64,000 nt of DNA, taken from the NCBI RefSeq assembly GCF_009914755.1, contig NC_060948.1; one strand, given 5' to 3'. Position 1 is the first letter of the stretch, and every line of letters begins with the position of its first letter. Of the stretch, positions 10,737 through 24,815 are shown in pieces. The DNA is from the human T2T-CHM13v2.0 reference genome, Homo sapiens. Both the position numbers and the translations under genes were made by a program. A model generated the notes under the pieces. That model ran no database searches. It saw only the letters and a list, made by a program, of their open reading frames with translations, and was not told the DNA's origin.

Positions 10737-13700
10737 ATGGAATGGGAACGAATGGAATGGAATGGAAAGGAATGGAATCGAATGGAAAGGAATCGAATGG
10801 AAGGGAATGAAATTGAATCAACAGGAATGGAAGGGAATAGAATAGACGGTAATGGAATGGACTCGAATAGAATGGACACGAATGCTCAAATTGAATGGAC
10901 TCGAATGGAATGGAAATGAAAGGAATGTCATCGAATGCAATTCAATCGATTGGAATGAAATCGCATAGGATGGAGTGGAATCAAATGGAATTGAATCGAA
11001 AGGAAAAGAAGCGAATTGACTGAAATGAAATGGAATGGAATTGAATGGAAAGTAATGCAACGGAATAGAATGGATTGAAATTTCACGGAATGGAATCAAA
11101 CTGAATGGAATCAAATCAATGGAATATAATCAAATGGAATGGAAAGGAATTGAATGGAGTAGATTGTATTGGATGGGATTGGAATGAAATGTACTGGAAA
11201 GGACTCGAATTTCATGAAACGGAATGGAATGTATTAGAACGGAATGGACTCGAATGGAATTGAATGTCACGGAATGGCATCAAATGGAATGGCATCAATT
11301 GGAATGGAATCGAATGCAATGGAATGCTATGGAATGGAATGGAATGCATTGGAATGGAATGTCCTCTAATGGAATGGATTCGAGTGGAATGGAATCGAAT
11401 ATAATGGAGTCTAATGAAATGGAATTGAAAGGAATGGGATCCAATACAATGGAATATACTGGAATGTAATGTAATGAACTCGAATGTAATTGACTGGAAT
11501 GGAATGTACATGAGTGGAATGTAATCGAATGGAAAGTAATCCAATGGAATAGAATCTAATGCAATAAAATCGACTCAAATAGAGTAGAATGTAATGGAAT
11601 GGAGTGCAGTGCAATGGAATGGAATGGAATGGGATGGAATGGTATGGAATGGATAGTAATGGACTGGAGTGAAATGGACTGGAAAATAATGGACTCAAAT
11701 TGAAAGGGCTCGAAAGGAATGGAGTCAAATGGAATGGTCTGGAATGGAATGAACACGAATGTAATGCAATCCAATAGAATGGAATCGAATGGCATGGAAT
11801 ATAAAGAAATGGAATCGAAGAGAATGGAAACAAATGGAATGGAATTGAATGGAATGGAATTGAATGGAATGGGAACGAATGGAGTGAAATTGTATGCAGT
11901 AGAAGAGAATAGAATGGAATGCAAGCGAAAGGAAAGGAATGGATTGGAATGGAATGGAATTCATTGGAATGGAAGGGAATGTAGTGTAATGGACAGGCCT
12001 GGAATAAAGTGGAATGCTACGGTCTCGAATGGAATAAAAATGTATGGAATGGAATGCAATGAAACGGAATCGAATGTCATAGAAGTAATGGAATGCAAAA
12101 AAATGGACTCCAAAATTATTGACTGGAAAGGCTGGGTGTCGAAAGGAATTTACTCCAATGGAATGGAATCGAATGGAATGGAAGTGAATAGAATCGAACT
12201 AAATCGAATGGAATGGAATTGATAGGAACGGAATGGAAAGGAATGCAATGATTTCGCATGGAATGGAATCGAATGGCATCGAATGGAATGGAATGGAATG
12301 CAATGGAATGGAATGTATTAAAATGTAATGAACTTTAATGGAATGTACTCGAATGGATTCGACTGGAATGGAATGTTCTCGAAGTGAATGGACTCCAATG
12401 GAATGGATTCGAAAGGAATGGAATCTAATGGAATGGAATTAAATGGAAATGAATCAAATTGAATAGAACGGAATTGAATTGAATGGAATCGAATGCAATG
12501 GAATCTAATGAAACGGAAAGGAAAGGAATGGAATGGAATGGAATGGAATGGGCTGGAATGGAATGGAATCGAAACGAATGGAATGGAATCGAACTGAAGA
12601 GACTGGAATGGAATACACTGGAATGGAAGGGAATGTAATGGAAGGTTCTCGAAAAAATGTAATTGAAAGGAATGGAATTGAGTGGAACGGAATAGAGTCG
12701 AATGGAATTCAATGGAATGGAATGGACTAGAGTGAAATGGAATCGAACCACAAGGAATGGACAGGAATAGAATGGTCTCGAATTGAATGGAATCGTATGG
12801 AATGGCATCAAACGGAATGGAATGGACAGCCACGGAATGGAATGCACTCGAATGCAATGGAGTCGAAACTAATGGACTGGAATAGAATGGACTCGACTGG
12901 TACGGACTCCAATGGAATGGAATCGAATGGAAGGGAATCGAACGGAATGGACTCGAAGGGAAAAGACTGCAATGGAAAGGTCTCGAATGGAATGGAAATT
13001 AATGGAATGGAATGGAATCGAATGAAATGGAGTCAAAAGGAATGGAATCGAATGGCAAGAAATCGGATGTAATGGAATCGCAAGGAATTGATGTGAACGG
13101 AACGGAATGGAATGGAATCCAAAGGAATGGAATAGAATGGAATGGAATCGAATGGAAAGGACTCGAATGGAAATCACTCGAATAGAATGCAATTTAATAA
13201 AATAGGATCAAATGTAATGGAATGGAATGGAAAGGAATCGAAACGAAAGGAATGGAGACAGATGGAATGGAATGGAACAGAGAGCAATGGTATAGAATGG
13301 AATGGAATCATCTGGAATGGAATTGAATGGAATGGAATAACATGAAATGGACAGGAATGGAATGGAATGCCCTTGAATTAAATGGACTGGAATGGAATGG
13401 ACTCGAACAGAGTGGAATGGAAAGTGTTGAAATAGAATGGAATGGACTCGTTTGGAATGGTCTAGTATGCAATGCAATCGACTGGCAGGGAATCAAAAGG
13501 AATGTAATCGAATGGATTGGACTGGAATGCAATGGACTCGAATAGATTGGAAACGGAATGCAAAGGAATGGAATGGAATAGTATGGAATGGAATGGAAAG
13601 GAATGGAGTGGAATAGACTAGAGTGGAATGGAATGGACTCGAAAGCAATGGACTGGAATGGAACTTTCTTGAATGGACTGGAATCAAACGGAATGGAACG

Positions 13701-14233
13701 TAATGCAATCAAATGGCATGGAATAAAATAGAATGAAAGAGAATCAAATGGAATTGAATCGAATGGAATCGAATGGATTGGAAAGGAATAGAATGGAATG
13801 GAATGGAATTGACTCAAATGGAATGGACTAGAATGGAATGGATTCGAATGGAAGGCAAAGGAATGGAATCTATTGGAATGGACTGTAATGGAATGGAATG
13901 GAAGGGATTGGAATGGACTCGAATGGAATGGACTGCAATAGAAAGGATTCGAATGGAATGAAAAAGAATTGAATGGAATAGAACAGAATGGAATCAAATC
14001 GAATGAAATGGAATGGAATAGAAAGGAATGGAATGAAATGGAATGGAAAGGATTCGAATGGAATGCAATCGAATGGACTGGAATCGAACGGAATGGAATA
14101 AAATGGAAGAAAACTGGCAAGAAATGGAATCGAAATGAATGGAGTGTTATGGAACGGACTCAAAAGGAATTGAATGTAATAGAATGGAGTGGAGTGGACT
14201 CCAATATAATAGACTGGAATGGAATGAAATCAC
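10737..14233 (+). repeat. Unit 4, type A (3497 bp)
   Basis: Same A markers as unit 1 at an offset of 10566. Confidence 0.85.
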
Positions 14234-17200
14234 ATGGAATGGGAACGAATGGAATGGAATGGAAAGGAATGGAATCGAATGGAAAGGAATCGAATGGAAG
14301 GGAATGAAATTGAATCAACAGGAATGGAAAGGAGTAGAATAGACGGTAATGGAATGGGCTCGAATAGAATGGACACGAATGCTCAAATTAAATGGACTCG
14401 AATGGAATGGAAACGAAAGGAATGTCATCGAATGGAATTGAATCGATTGGAATGAAATCACATAGAATGGAGTGGAATCAAATGGAATTGAATCGAAAGG
14501 AAAGGAAGCGAATGGACTGAAATGAAATGGAATGGAATTGAATGGAAATTAATGCAATGGAATAGAATGGAAAGAAATTTCACGGAATGGAATCAAACTG
14601 AATGGAATCAAATCAATGGAATATAATCAAATGGAATGGAAAGGAATTGAATGGAGTAGATTGGATTGGATGGGATTGGAATGAAATGTACTGGAAAGGA
14701 CTCGAATTTCATGAAACGGAATGGAATGAATTAGAACGGAATGGACTCGAATGGAATGGAATATCACGGAATGGCATCAAATGGAATGGCATCAATTGGA
14801 ATGGAATCGAATGCAATGGAATGCTATGGAATGGAATGGAATGCATTGGAATGGAATGTCCTCTAATGGAATGGATTCGAGTGGAATGGAATCGAATATA
14901 ATGGAGTCTAATGAAATGGAATTGAAAGGAATGGGATCCAATACAATGGAATATACTGGAATGTAATGTAATGAACTCGAATGTAATTGACTGGAATGGA
15001 ATGTACATGAATGGAATGTAATCGAATGGAAAGTAATCCAATGGAATAGAATCTAATGCAATAAAATCGACTCAAGTAGAGTAGAATATAATGGAATGGA
15101 GTGCAGTGCAATGGAATGGAATGGAATGGAATGCAATGGAATGGAATGGAATGGAATGGAATGGAATGTGATGGAATGGTATGGAATGGATAGTAATGGA
15201 CTGGAGTGAAATGGACTGGAAAGGAATGGACTCAAATTGAAAGGGCTCGAAAGGAATGGAGTCAAATGGAATGGTCTGGAATGGAATGAACACGAATGTA
15301 ATGCAATCCAATAGAATGGAATCGAATGGCATGGAATATAAAGAAATGGAATCGAAGAGAATGGAAACAAATGGAATGGAATTGAATGGAATGGAATTGA
15401 ATGGAATGGGAACGAATGGAGTGAAATTGTATGCAGTAGAAGAGAATAGAATGGAATGCAAGCGAAAGGAAAGGAATGGATTGGAATGGAATGGAATTCA
15501 TTGGAATGGAAGGGAATGTAGTGTAATGGACAGGCCTGGAATAAAGTGGAATGCTACGGTCTCGAATGGAATAAAAATGTATGGAATGGAATGCAATGAA
15601 ACGGAATCGAATGTCATAGAATGTAATGGAATGCAAAAAAATGGAATCCAAAATCATTGACTGGAAAGGCTGGGTGTCGAAAGGAATTGACTCCAATGGA
15701 ATGGAATCGAATGGCATGGAAGTGAATAGAATGGAACTAAATCGAATGGAATGGAATTGATAGGAACGGAATGGAAAGGAATGCAATGATTTGGCATGGA
15801 ATGGAATCGAATGGCATCGAATGGAATGGAATGGAATGCAATGGAATGGAATGTATTAGAATGTAATGAACTTTAATGGAATGTACTCGAATGGATTCGA
15901 CTGGAATGGAATGTTCTCGAAGTGAATGGACTCCAATGGAATGGATTCGAAAGGAATGGAATCTAATGGAATGGAATTAAATGGAAATGAATCAAATTGA
16001 ATAGAACGGAATTGAATTGAATGGAATCGAATGCAATGGAATCTAAAGAAAAGGAAAGGAAAGGAATGGAATGGATTGGAATGGAATGGGCTGGAATGGA
16101 ATGGAATCGAAACGAATGGAATGGAATCGAACTGAAGAGACTGGAATGGAATGCACTGGAATGGAAGGGAATGTAATGGAAGGTTCTCAAGAAAAATGGA
16201 ATCGAAAGGAATGGAATTGAATGGAACGGAATAGAGTCGAATGGAATTCAATGGAATGGAATGGACTAGAGTGAAATGGAATCGAACCACAAGGAATGGA
16301 CAGGAATAGAATGGTCTCGAATTGAATGGAATCGTATGGAATGGCATCAAACGGAATGGAATGGACAGCCACGGAATGGAATGCACTCGAATGCAATGGA
16401 GTCGACACTAACGGAGTGGAATAGAATGGACTCGACTGGTACGGACTCCAATGGAATGGAATCGAATGGAAGGGTATCGAACGGAATGGACTCGAAGGGA
16501 AAAGACTGCAATGGAAAGGTCTCGAATGGAATGGAAATTAATGGAATGGAATGGAATCGAATGAAATGGAGTCAAAAGGAATGGAATCGAATGGCAAGAA
16601 ATCGAATGTAATGGAATCGCAAGGAATTGAAGTGAACGGAACGGAATGCAATGGAATCCAAAGGAATGGAATAGAATGGAATGGAATCGAATGGAAAGGA
16701 CTCGAATGGAAATCACTCGAATAGAATGCAATTTAATAAAATAGGATCAAATGTAATGGAATGGAATGGAAAGGAATCGAAACGAAAGGAATGGAGACAG
16801 ATGGAATGGAATGGAACAGAGAGCAATGGTATAGAATGGAATGGAATCATCTGGAATGGAATTGAATGGAATGGAATAATATGAAATGGAATGGAATGGA
16901 ATGGAATGCCCTTGAATTAAATGGACTGGAATGGAATGGACTCGAACAGAGTGGAATGGAAAGTGTTGAAATAGAATGGAATGGACTCGTTTGGAATGGT
17001 CTAGTATGCAATGCAATCGACTGGCAGGGAATCAAAAGGAATGTAATCGAATGGATTGGACTGGAATGCAATGGACTCGAATAGATTGGAAACGGAAAGC
17101 AAAGGAATGGAATGGAATAGTATGGAATGGAATGGAAAGGAATGGAGTGGAATAGACTAGAGTGGAATGGAATGGACTGGAAAGCAATGGACTGGAATGG

Positions 17201-17772
17201 AACTTTCTTGAATGGACTGGAATCAAACGGAATGGAATGCAATGCAATCAAATGGCATGGAATAAAATAGAATGAAAGAGAATCAAATGGAATTGAATCG
17301 AATGGAATCGAATGGATTGGAAAGGAATAGAATGGAATGGAACGGAATTGACTCAAATGGAATGGACTAGAATGGAATGGATTCGAATGGAAGGCAAATG
17401 AATGGAATCTATTGGAATGGACTGTAATGGAATGGAATGGAAGGGATTGGAATGGACTCGAATAGAATGGACTGCAATAGAAAGGATTCGAATGGAATGA
17501 AAAAGAATTGAATGAAATAGAAGAGAATGGAAACAAATCGAATGAAATGGAATGGAAGAGAAAGGAATGGAATGAAATGGAATGGAAAGGATTCGAATGG
17601 AATGCAATCGAATGGAATGGAATCGAACGGAATGGAATAAAATGGAAGAAAACTGGCAAGAAATGGAATCGAAATGAATGGAGTGTTATGGAACGGACTC
17701 AAAAGGAATTGAATGTAATAGAATGGAGTGGAGTGGACTCGAATATAATGGACTGGAATGGAATGAAATCAC
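14234..17772 (+). repeat. Unit 5, type B (3539 bp)
   Basis: Same B markers as unit 2 at an offset of 10565. Confidence 0.85.
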
Positions 17773-20700
17773 ATGGAATGGGAACGAATGGAATGGAATG
17801 GAAAGGAATGGAATCGAATGGAAAGGAATCGAATGGAAGGGAATGAAATTGAATCAACAGGAATGGAAGGGAGTAGAATAGACGGTAATGGAATGGACTC
17901 GAATAGAATGGACACGAATGCTCAAATTGAATGGACTCGAATGGAATGGAAACGAAAGGAATGTCATCGAATGGAATTGAATCGATTGGAATGAAATCGC
18001 ATAGAATGGAGTGGAATCAAATGGAATTGAATCGAAAGGAAAGGAAGCGAATGGACTGAAATGAAATGGAATGGAATTGAATGGAAAGTAATGCAATGGA
18101 ATAGAATGGAACGAAATTTCACGGAATGGAATCAAACTGAATGGAATCAAATCAATGGAATCTAATCAAGTGGAATGGAAAGGAATTGAACGGAGTAGAT
18201 TGGATTGGATGGGATTGGAATGAAATGTACTGGAAAGGACTCGAAATTCATGAAACGGAATGGAATGAACTGGAACGGAATGGAATCGAATGGAATGGAA
18301 TGTCATGTAATGGCATCAAATGGAATGGAATCGAATGCGATGGAATGCTATGGAATGGAATGGAATGCATAGGAATGGAATGTCCTCTAATGGAATGTAT
18401 TCGAGTGGAATGGAATCGAATATAATGCAGTCTAATGAAATGGAATTGAAAGGAATGGGACCGAATACAATGGAATAAACTGGAATGTAATGTAATGAAC
18501 TCGAATGTAATTGACTGGAATGGAATGTACATGAATGGAATGTAATCGCATGGAAAGCAATCCAATGGAATAGAATCTAATGCAATAAAATCGACTCAAA
18601 TAGAGTAGAATGTAATGGAATGGAGTGCAGTGCAATGGAATGGAATGGAATGCAACGGAATGGAATGGAATGGAATGGAATGGGATGGAATGGTATGGAA
18701 TGGATAGTAATGGACTGGAGTGAAATGGACTGGAAAAGAATGGACTCAAATTGAAAGGGCTCGAAAGGAATGGAGTCAAATGGAATGGTCTGGAATGGAA
18801 TGAACACGAATGTAATGCAATCCAATAGAATGGAATCGAATGGCATGGAATATAAAGAAATGGAATCGAAGAGAATGGAAACAAATGGAATGGAATTGAA
18901 TGGAATGGAATTGAATGGAATGGGAACGAATGGAGTGAAATTGTATGCAGTAGAAGAGAATAGAATGGAATGCAAGCGAAAGGAAAGGAATGGATTGGAA
19001 TGGAATGGAATTCATTGGAATGGAAGGGAATGTAGTGTAATGGACAGGCCTGGAATAAAGTGGAATGCTACGGTCTCGAATGGAATAAAAATGTATGGAA
19101 TGGAATGCAATGAAATGGAATCGAATGTCATAGAATGTAATGGAATGCAAAAAAATGGACTCCAAAATCATTGACTGGAAAGGCTGGGTGTCGAAAGGAA
19201 TTGACTCCAATGGAATGGAATCGAATGGCATGGAAGTGAATAGAATGGAACTAAATCGAATGGAATGGAATTGATAGGAACGGAATGGAAAGGAATGCAA
19301 TGATTTGGCATGGAATGGAATCGAATGGCATCGAATGGAATGGAATGGAATGCAATGGAATGGAATGTATTAGAATGTAATGAACTTTAATGGAATGTAC
19401 TCGAATGGATTCGACTGGAATGGAATGTTCTCGAAGTGAATGGACTCCAATGGAATGGATTCGAAAGGAATGGAATCTAATGGAATGGAATTAAATGGAA
19501 ATGAATCAAATTGAATAGAACGGAATTGAATTGAATGGAATCGAATGCAATGGAATCTAATGAAAAGGAAAGGAAAGGAATGGAATGGATTGGAATGGAA
19601 TGGGCTGGAATGGAATGGAATCGAAACGAATGGAATGGAATCGAACTGAAGAGACTGGAATGGAATGCACTGGAATGGAAGGGAATGTAATGGAAGGTTC
19701 TCAAGAAAAATGGAATCGAAAGGAATGGAATTGAATGGAACGGAATAGAGTCGAATGGAATTCAATGGAATGGAATGGACTAGAGTGAAATGGAATCGAA
19801 CCACAAGGAATGGACAGGAATAGAATGGTCTCGAATTGAATGGAATCGTATGGAATGGCATCAAACGGAATGGAATGGACAGCCACGGAATGGAATGCAC
19901 TCGAATGCAATGGAGTCGACACTAACGGAGTGGAATAGAATGGACTCGACTGGTACGGACTCCAATGGAATGGAATCGAATGGAAGGGTATCGAACGGAA
20001 TGGACTCGAAGGGAAAAGACTGCAATGGAAAGGTCTCGAATGGAATGGAAATTAATGGAATGGAATGGAATCGAATGAAATGGAGTCAAAAGGAATGGAA
20101 TCGAATGGCAAGAAATCGAATGTAATGGAATCGCAAGGAATTGAAGTGAACGGAACGGAATGCAATGGAATCCAAAGGAATGGAATAGAATGGAATGGAA
20201 TCGAATGGAAAGGACTCGAATGGAAATCACTCGAATAGAATGCAATTTAATAAAATAGGATCAAATGTAATGGAATGGAATGGAAAGGAATCGAAACGAA
20301 AGGAATGGAGACAGATGGAATGGAATGGAACAGAGAGCAATGGTATAGAATGGAATGGAATCATCTGGAATGGAATTGAATGGAATGGAATAATATGAAA
20401 TGGAATGGAATGGAATGGAATGCCCTTGAATTAAATGGACTGGAATGGAATGGACTCGAACAGAGTGGAATGGAAAGTGTTGAAATAGAATGGAATGGAC
20501 TCGTTTGGAATGGTCTAGTATGCAATGCAATCGACTGGCAGGGAATCAAAAGGAATGTAATCGAATGGATTGGACTGGAATGCAATGGACTCGAATAGAT
20601 TGGAAACGGAAAGCAAAGGAATGGAATGGAATAGTATGGAATGGAATGGAAAGGAATGGAGTGGAATAGACTAGAGTGGAATGGAATGGACTGGAAAGCA

Positions 20701-21286
20701 ATGGACTGGAAAGGAACTTTCTTGAATGGACTGGAATCAAACGGAATGGAATGCAATGCAATCAAATGGCATGGAATAAAATAGAATGAAAGAGAATCAA
20801 ATGGAATTGAATCGAATGGAATCGAATGGATTGGATAGGAATAGAATGGAATGGAACGGAATTGACTCAAATGGAATGGACTAGAATGGAATGGATTCGA
20901 ATGGAAGGCAAATGAATGGAATCTATTGGAATGGACTGTAATGGAATGGAATGGAAGGGATTGGAATGGACTCGAATGGAATGGACTGCAATAGAAAGGA
21001 TTCGAATGGAATGAAAAAGAATTGAATGGAATAGAACAGAATGGAATCAAATCGAATGAAATGGAATGGAAGAGAAAGGAATGGAATGAAATGGAATGGA
21101 AAGGATTCGAATGGAATGCAATCGAATGGAATGGAATCGAACGGAATGGAATAAAATGGAAGAAAACTGGCAAGAAATGGAATCGAAATGAATGGAGTGT
21201 TATGGAACGGACTCAAAAGGAATTGAATGTAATAGAATGGAGTGGAGTGGACTCGAATATAATGGACTGGAATGGAATGAAATCAC
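17773..21286 (+). repeat. Unit 6, recombinant C-head/B-tail (3514 bp)
   Basis: C alleles up to 19160, B alleles from 19229. Confidence 0.8.
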
Positions 21287-24200
21287 ATGGAATGGGAACG
21301 AATGGAATGGAATGGAAAGGAATGGAATCGAATGGAAAGGAATCGAATGGAAGGGAATGAAATTGAATCAACAGGAATGGAAGGGAGTAGAATAGACGGT
21401 AATGGAATGGACTCGAATAGAATGGACACGAATGCTCAAATTGAATGGACTCGAATGGAATGGAAACGAAAGGAATGTCATCGAATGGAATTGAATCGAT
21501 TGGAATGAAATCGCATAGAATGGAGTGGAATCAAATGGAATTGAATCGAAAGGAAAGGAAGCGAATGGACTGAAATGAAATGGAATGGAATTGAATGGAA
21601 AGTAATGCAATGGAATAGAATGGAACGAAATTTCACGGAATGGAATCAAACTGAATGGAATCAAATCAATGGAATATAATCAAATGGAATGGAAAGGAAT
21701 TGAATGGAGTAGATTGGATTGGATGGGATTGGAATGAAATGTACTGGAAGGGACTCGAAATTCATGAAACGGAATGGAATGAACTGGAACGGAATGGAAT
21801 CGAATGGAATGGAATGTCATGGAATGGCATCAAATGGAATGGAATCGAATGCGATGGAATGCTATGGAATGGAATGGAATGCATAGGAATGGAATGTCCT
21901 CTAATGGAATGTATTCGAGTGGAATGGAATCGAATATAATGGAGTCTAATGAAATGGAATTGAAAGGAATGGGACCGAATACAATGGAATAAACTGGAAT
22001 GTAATGTAATGAACTCGAATGTAATTGACTGGAATGGAATGTACATGAATGGAATGTAATCGAATGGAAAGCAATCCAATGGAATAGAATCTAATGCAAT
22101 AAAATCGACTCAAATAGAGTAGAATGTAATGGAATGGAGTGCAGTGCAATGGAATGGAATGGAATGCAACGGAATGGAATGGAATGGAATGGAATGGGAT
22201 GGAATGGTATGGAATGGATAGTAATGGACTGGAGTGAAATGGACTGGAAAAGAATGGACTCAAATTGAAAGGGCTCGAAAGTAATGGAGTCAAATGGAAT
22301 GGTCTGGAATGGAATGAACACGAATGTAATGCAATCCAATAGAATGGAATCGAATGGCATGGAATATAAAGAAATGGAATCGAAGAGAATGGAAACAAAT
22401 GGAATGGAATTGAATGGAATGGAATTGAATGGAATGGGAACGAATGGAGTGAAATTGTATGCAGTAGAAGAGAATAGAATGGAATGCAAGCGAAAGGAAA
22501 GGAATGGATTGGAATGGAATGGAATTCATTGGAATGGAAGGGAATGTAGTGTAATGGACAGGCCTGGAATAAAGTGGAATGCTACGGTCTCGAATGGAAT
22601 AAAAATGTATGGAATGGAATGCAATGAAACGGAATCGAATGTCATAGAATGTAATGGAATGCAAAAAAATGGACTCCAAAATCATTGACTGGAAAGGCTG
22701 GGTGTCGAAAGGAATTGACTCCAATGGAATGGAATCGAATGGAATGGAAGTGAATAGAATCGAACTAAATCGAATGGAATGGAATTGATAGGAACGGAAT
22801 GGAAAGGAATGCAATGATTTGGCATGGAATGGAATCGAAAGGCATCGAATGGAATGGAATGGAATGCAATGGAATGGAATGTATTAGAATGTAATGAACA
22901 TTAATGGAAAGTACTCGAATGGATTCGACTGGAATGGAATGTTCTGGAAGTGAATGGACTCCAATGGAATGGATTCGAAAGGAATGGAATCGAACGGAAT
23001 GGAATTAAACGGAAATGAATCAAATAGAATAGAACGGAATTGAATTGAATGGAATCGAATGCAATGGAATCTAATGAAACGGAAAGGAATGGAATGGAAT
23101 GGGCTGGAATGGAATGGAATCGAAACGAATGGAATGGAATCGAACTGAAGAGACTGGAATGGAATGCACTGGAATGGAAGGGAATGTAATGGAAGGTTCT
23201 CGAAAAAAATGGAATCGAAAGGAATGGAATTGAATGGAACGGAATAGAGTCGAATGGAATTCAATGGAATGGAATGGACTAGAGTGAAATGGAATCGAAC
23301 CACAAGGAATGGACAGGAATAGAATGGTCTCGAATTGAATGGAATCGTATGGAATGGCATCAAACGGAATGGAATGGACGGCCACGGAATGGAATGCACT
23401 CGAATGCAATGGAGTCGAAACTAATGGACTGGAATAGAATGGACTCGACTGGTACGGACTCCAATGGAATGGAATCGAATGGAAGGGAATCGAACGGAAG
23501 GGAATCGAACGGAATGGACTCGAAGGGAAAAGACTGCAATGGAAAGGTCTCGAATGGAATGGAAATTAATGGAATGGAATGGAATCGAATGAAATGGAGT
23601 CAAAAGGAATGGAATCGAATGGCAAGAAATCGAATGTAATGGAATCGCAAGGAATTGATGTGAACGGAACGGAATGGAATGGAATCCAAAGGAATGGAAT
23701 AGAATGGAATGGAATCGAATGGAAAGGACTCGAATGGAAATCACTCGAATAGAATGCAATTTAATAAAATAGGATCAAATGTAATGGAATGGAATGGAAA
23801 GGAATCGAAACGAAAGGAATGGAGACAGATGGAATGGAATGGAACAGAGAGCAATGGTATAGAATGGAATGGAATCATCTGGAATGGAATTGAATGGAAT
23901 GGAATAATATGAAATGGAATGGAATGGAATGGAATGTCCTTGAATTAAATGGACTGGAATGGAATGGACTCGAAGAGAGTGGAATGGAAAGTGTTGAAAT
24001 AGCATGGAATGGACTCGTTTGGAATGGTGTAGTATGCAATGCAATCGACTGGCAGGGAATCAAAAGGAATGTAATCGAATGGATTGGACTGGAATGCAAT
24101 GGACTCGAATAGATTGGAAACGGAATGCAAAGGAATGGAATGGAATAGTATGGAATGGAATGGAAAGGAATGGAGTGGAATAGACTAGAGTGGAATGGAA

Positions 24201-24815
24201 TGGACTCGAAAGCAATGGACTGGAATGGAACTTTCTTGAATGGACTGGAATCAAACGGAATGGAATGCAATGCAATCAAATGGCATGGAATAAAATAGAA
24301 TGAAAGAGAATCAAACGGAATTGAATCGAATGGAATCGAATGGATTGGAAAGGAATAGAATGGAATGGAATGGAATTGACTCAAATGGAATGGACTAGAA
24401 TGGAATGGATTCGAATGGAAGGCAAAGGAATGGAATCTATTGGAATGGACTGTAATGGAATGGAATGGAAGGGATTGGAATGGACTCGAATGGAATGGAC
24501 TGCAATAGAAAGGATTCGAATGGAATGAAAAAGAATTGAATGGAATAGAACAGAATGGAATCAAACCTCATGAAATAGAATGGAATAGAAAGGAATGGAA
24601 TGAAATCGAATGGAAAGGATTCGAATGGAATGCAATCGAATGGAATGCAATCGAATGGAATGGAATCGAACGGAATGGAATAAAATGGAAGAAAACTGGC
24701 AAGAAATGGAATCGAAATGAATGGAGTGTTAAGGAACGGACTCAAAAGGAATTGAATGTAATAGAATGGAGTGGAGTGGACTCGAATATAATGGACTGGA
24801 ATGGAATGAAATCAC
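21287..24815 (+). repeat. Unit 7, type C (3529 bp)
   Basis: C markers at an offset of 14079 from unit 3 (extra GGCC at 23380). Confidence 0.85.
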
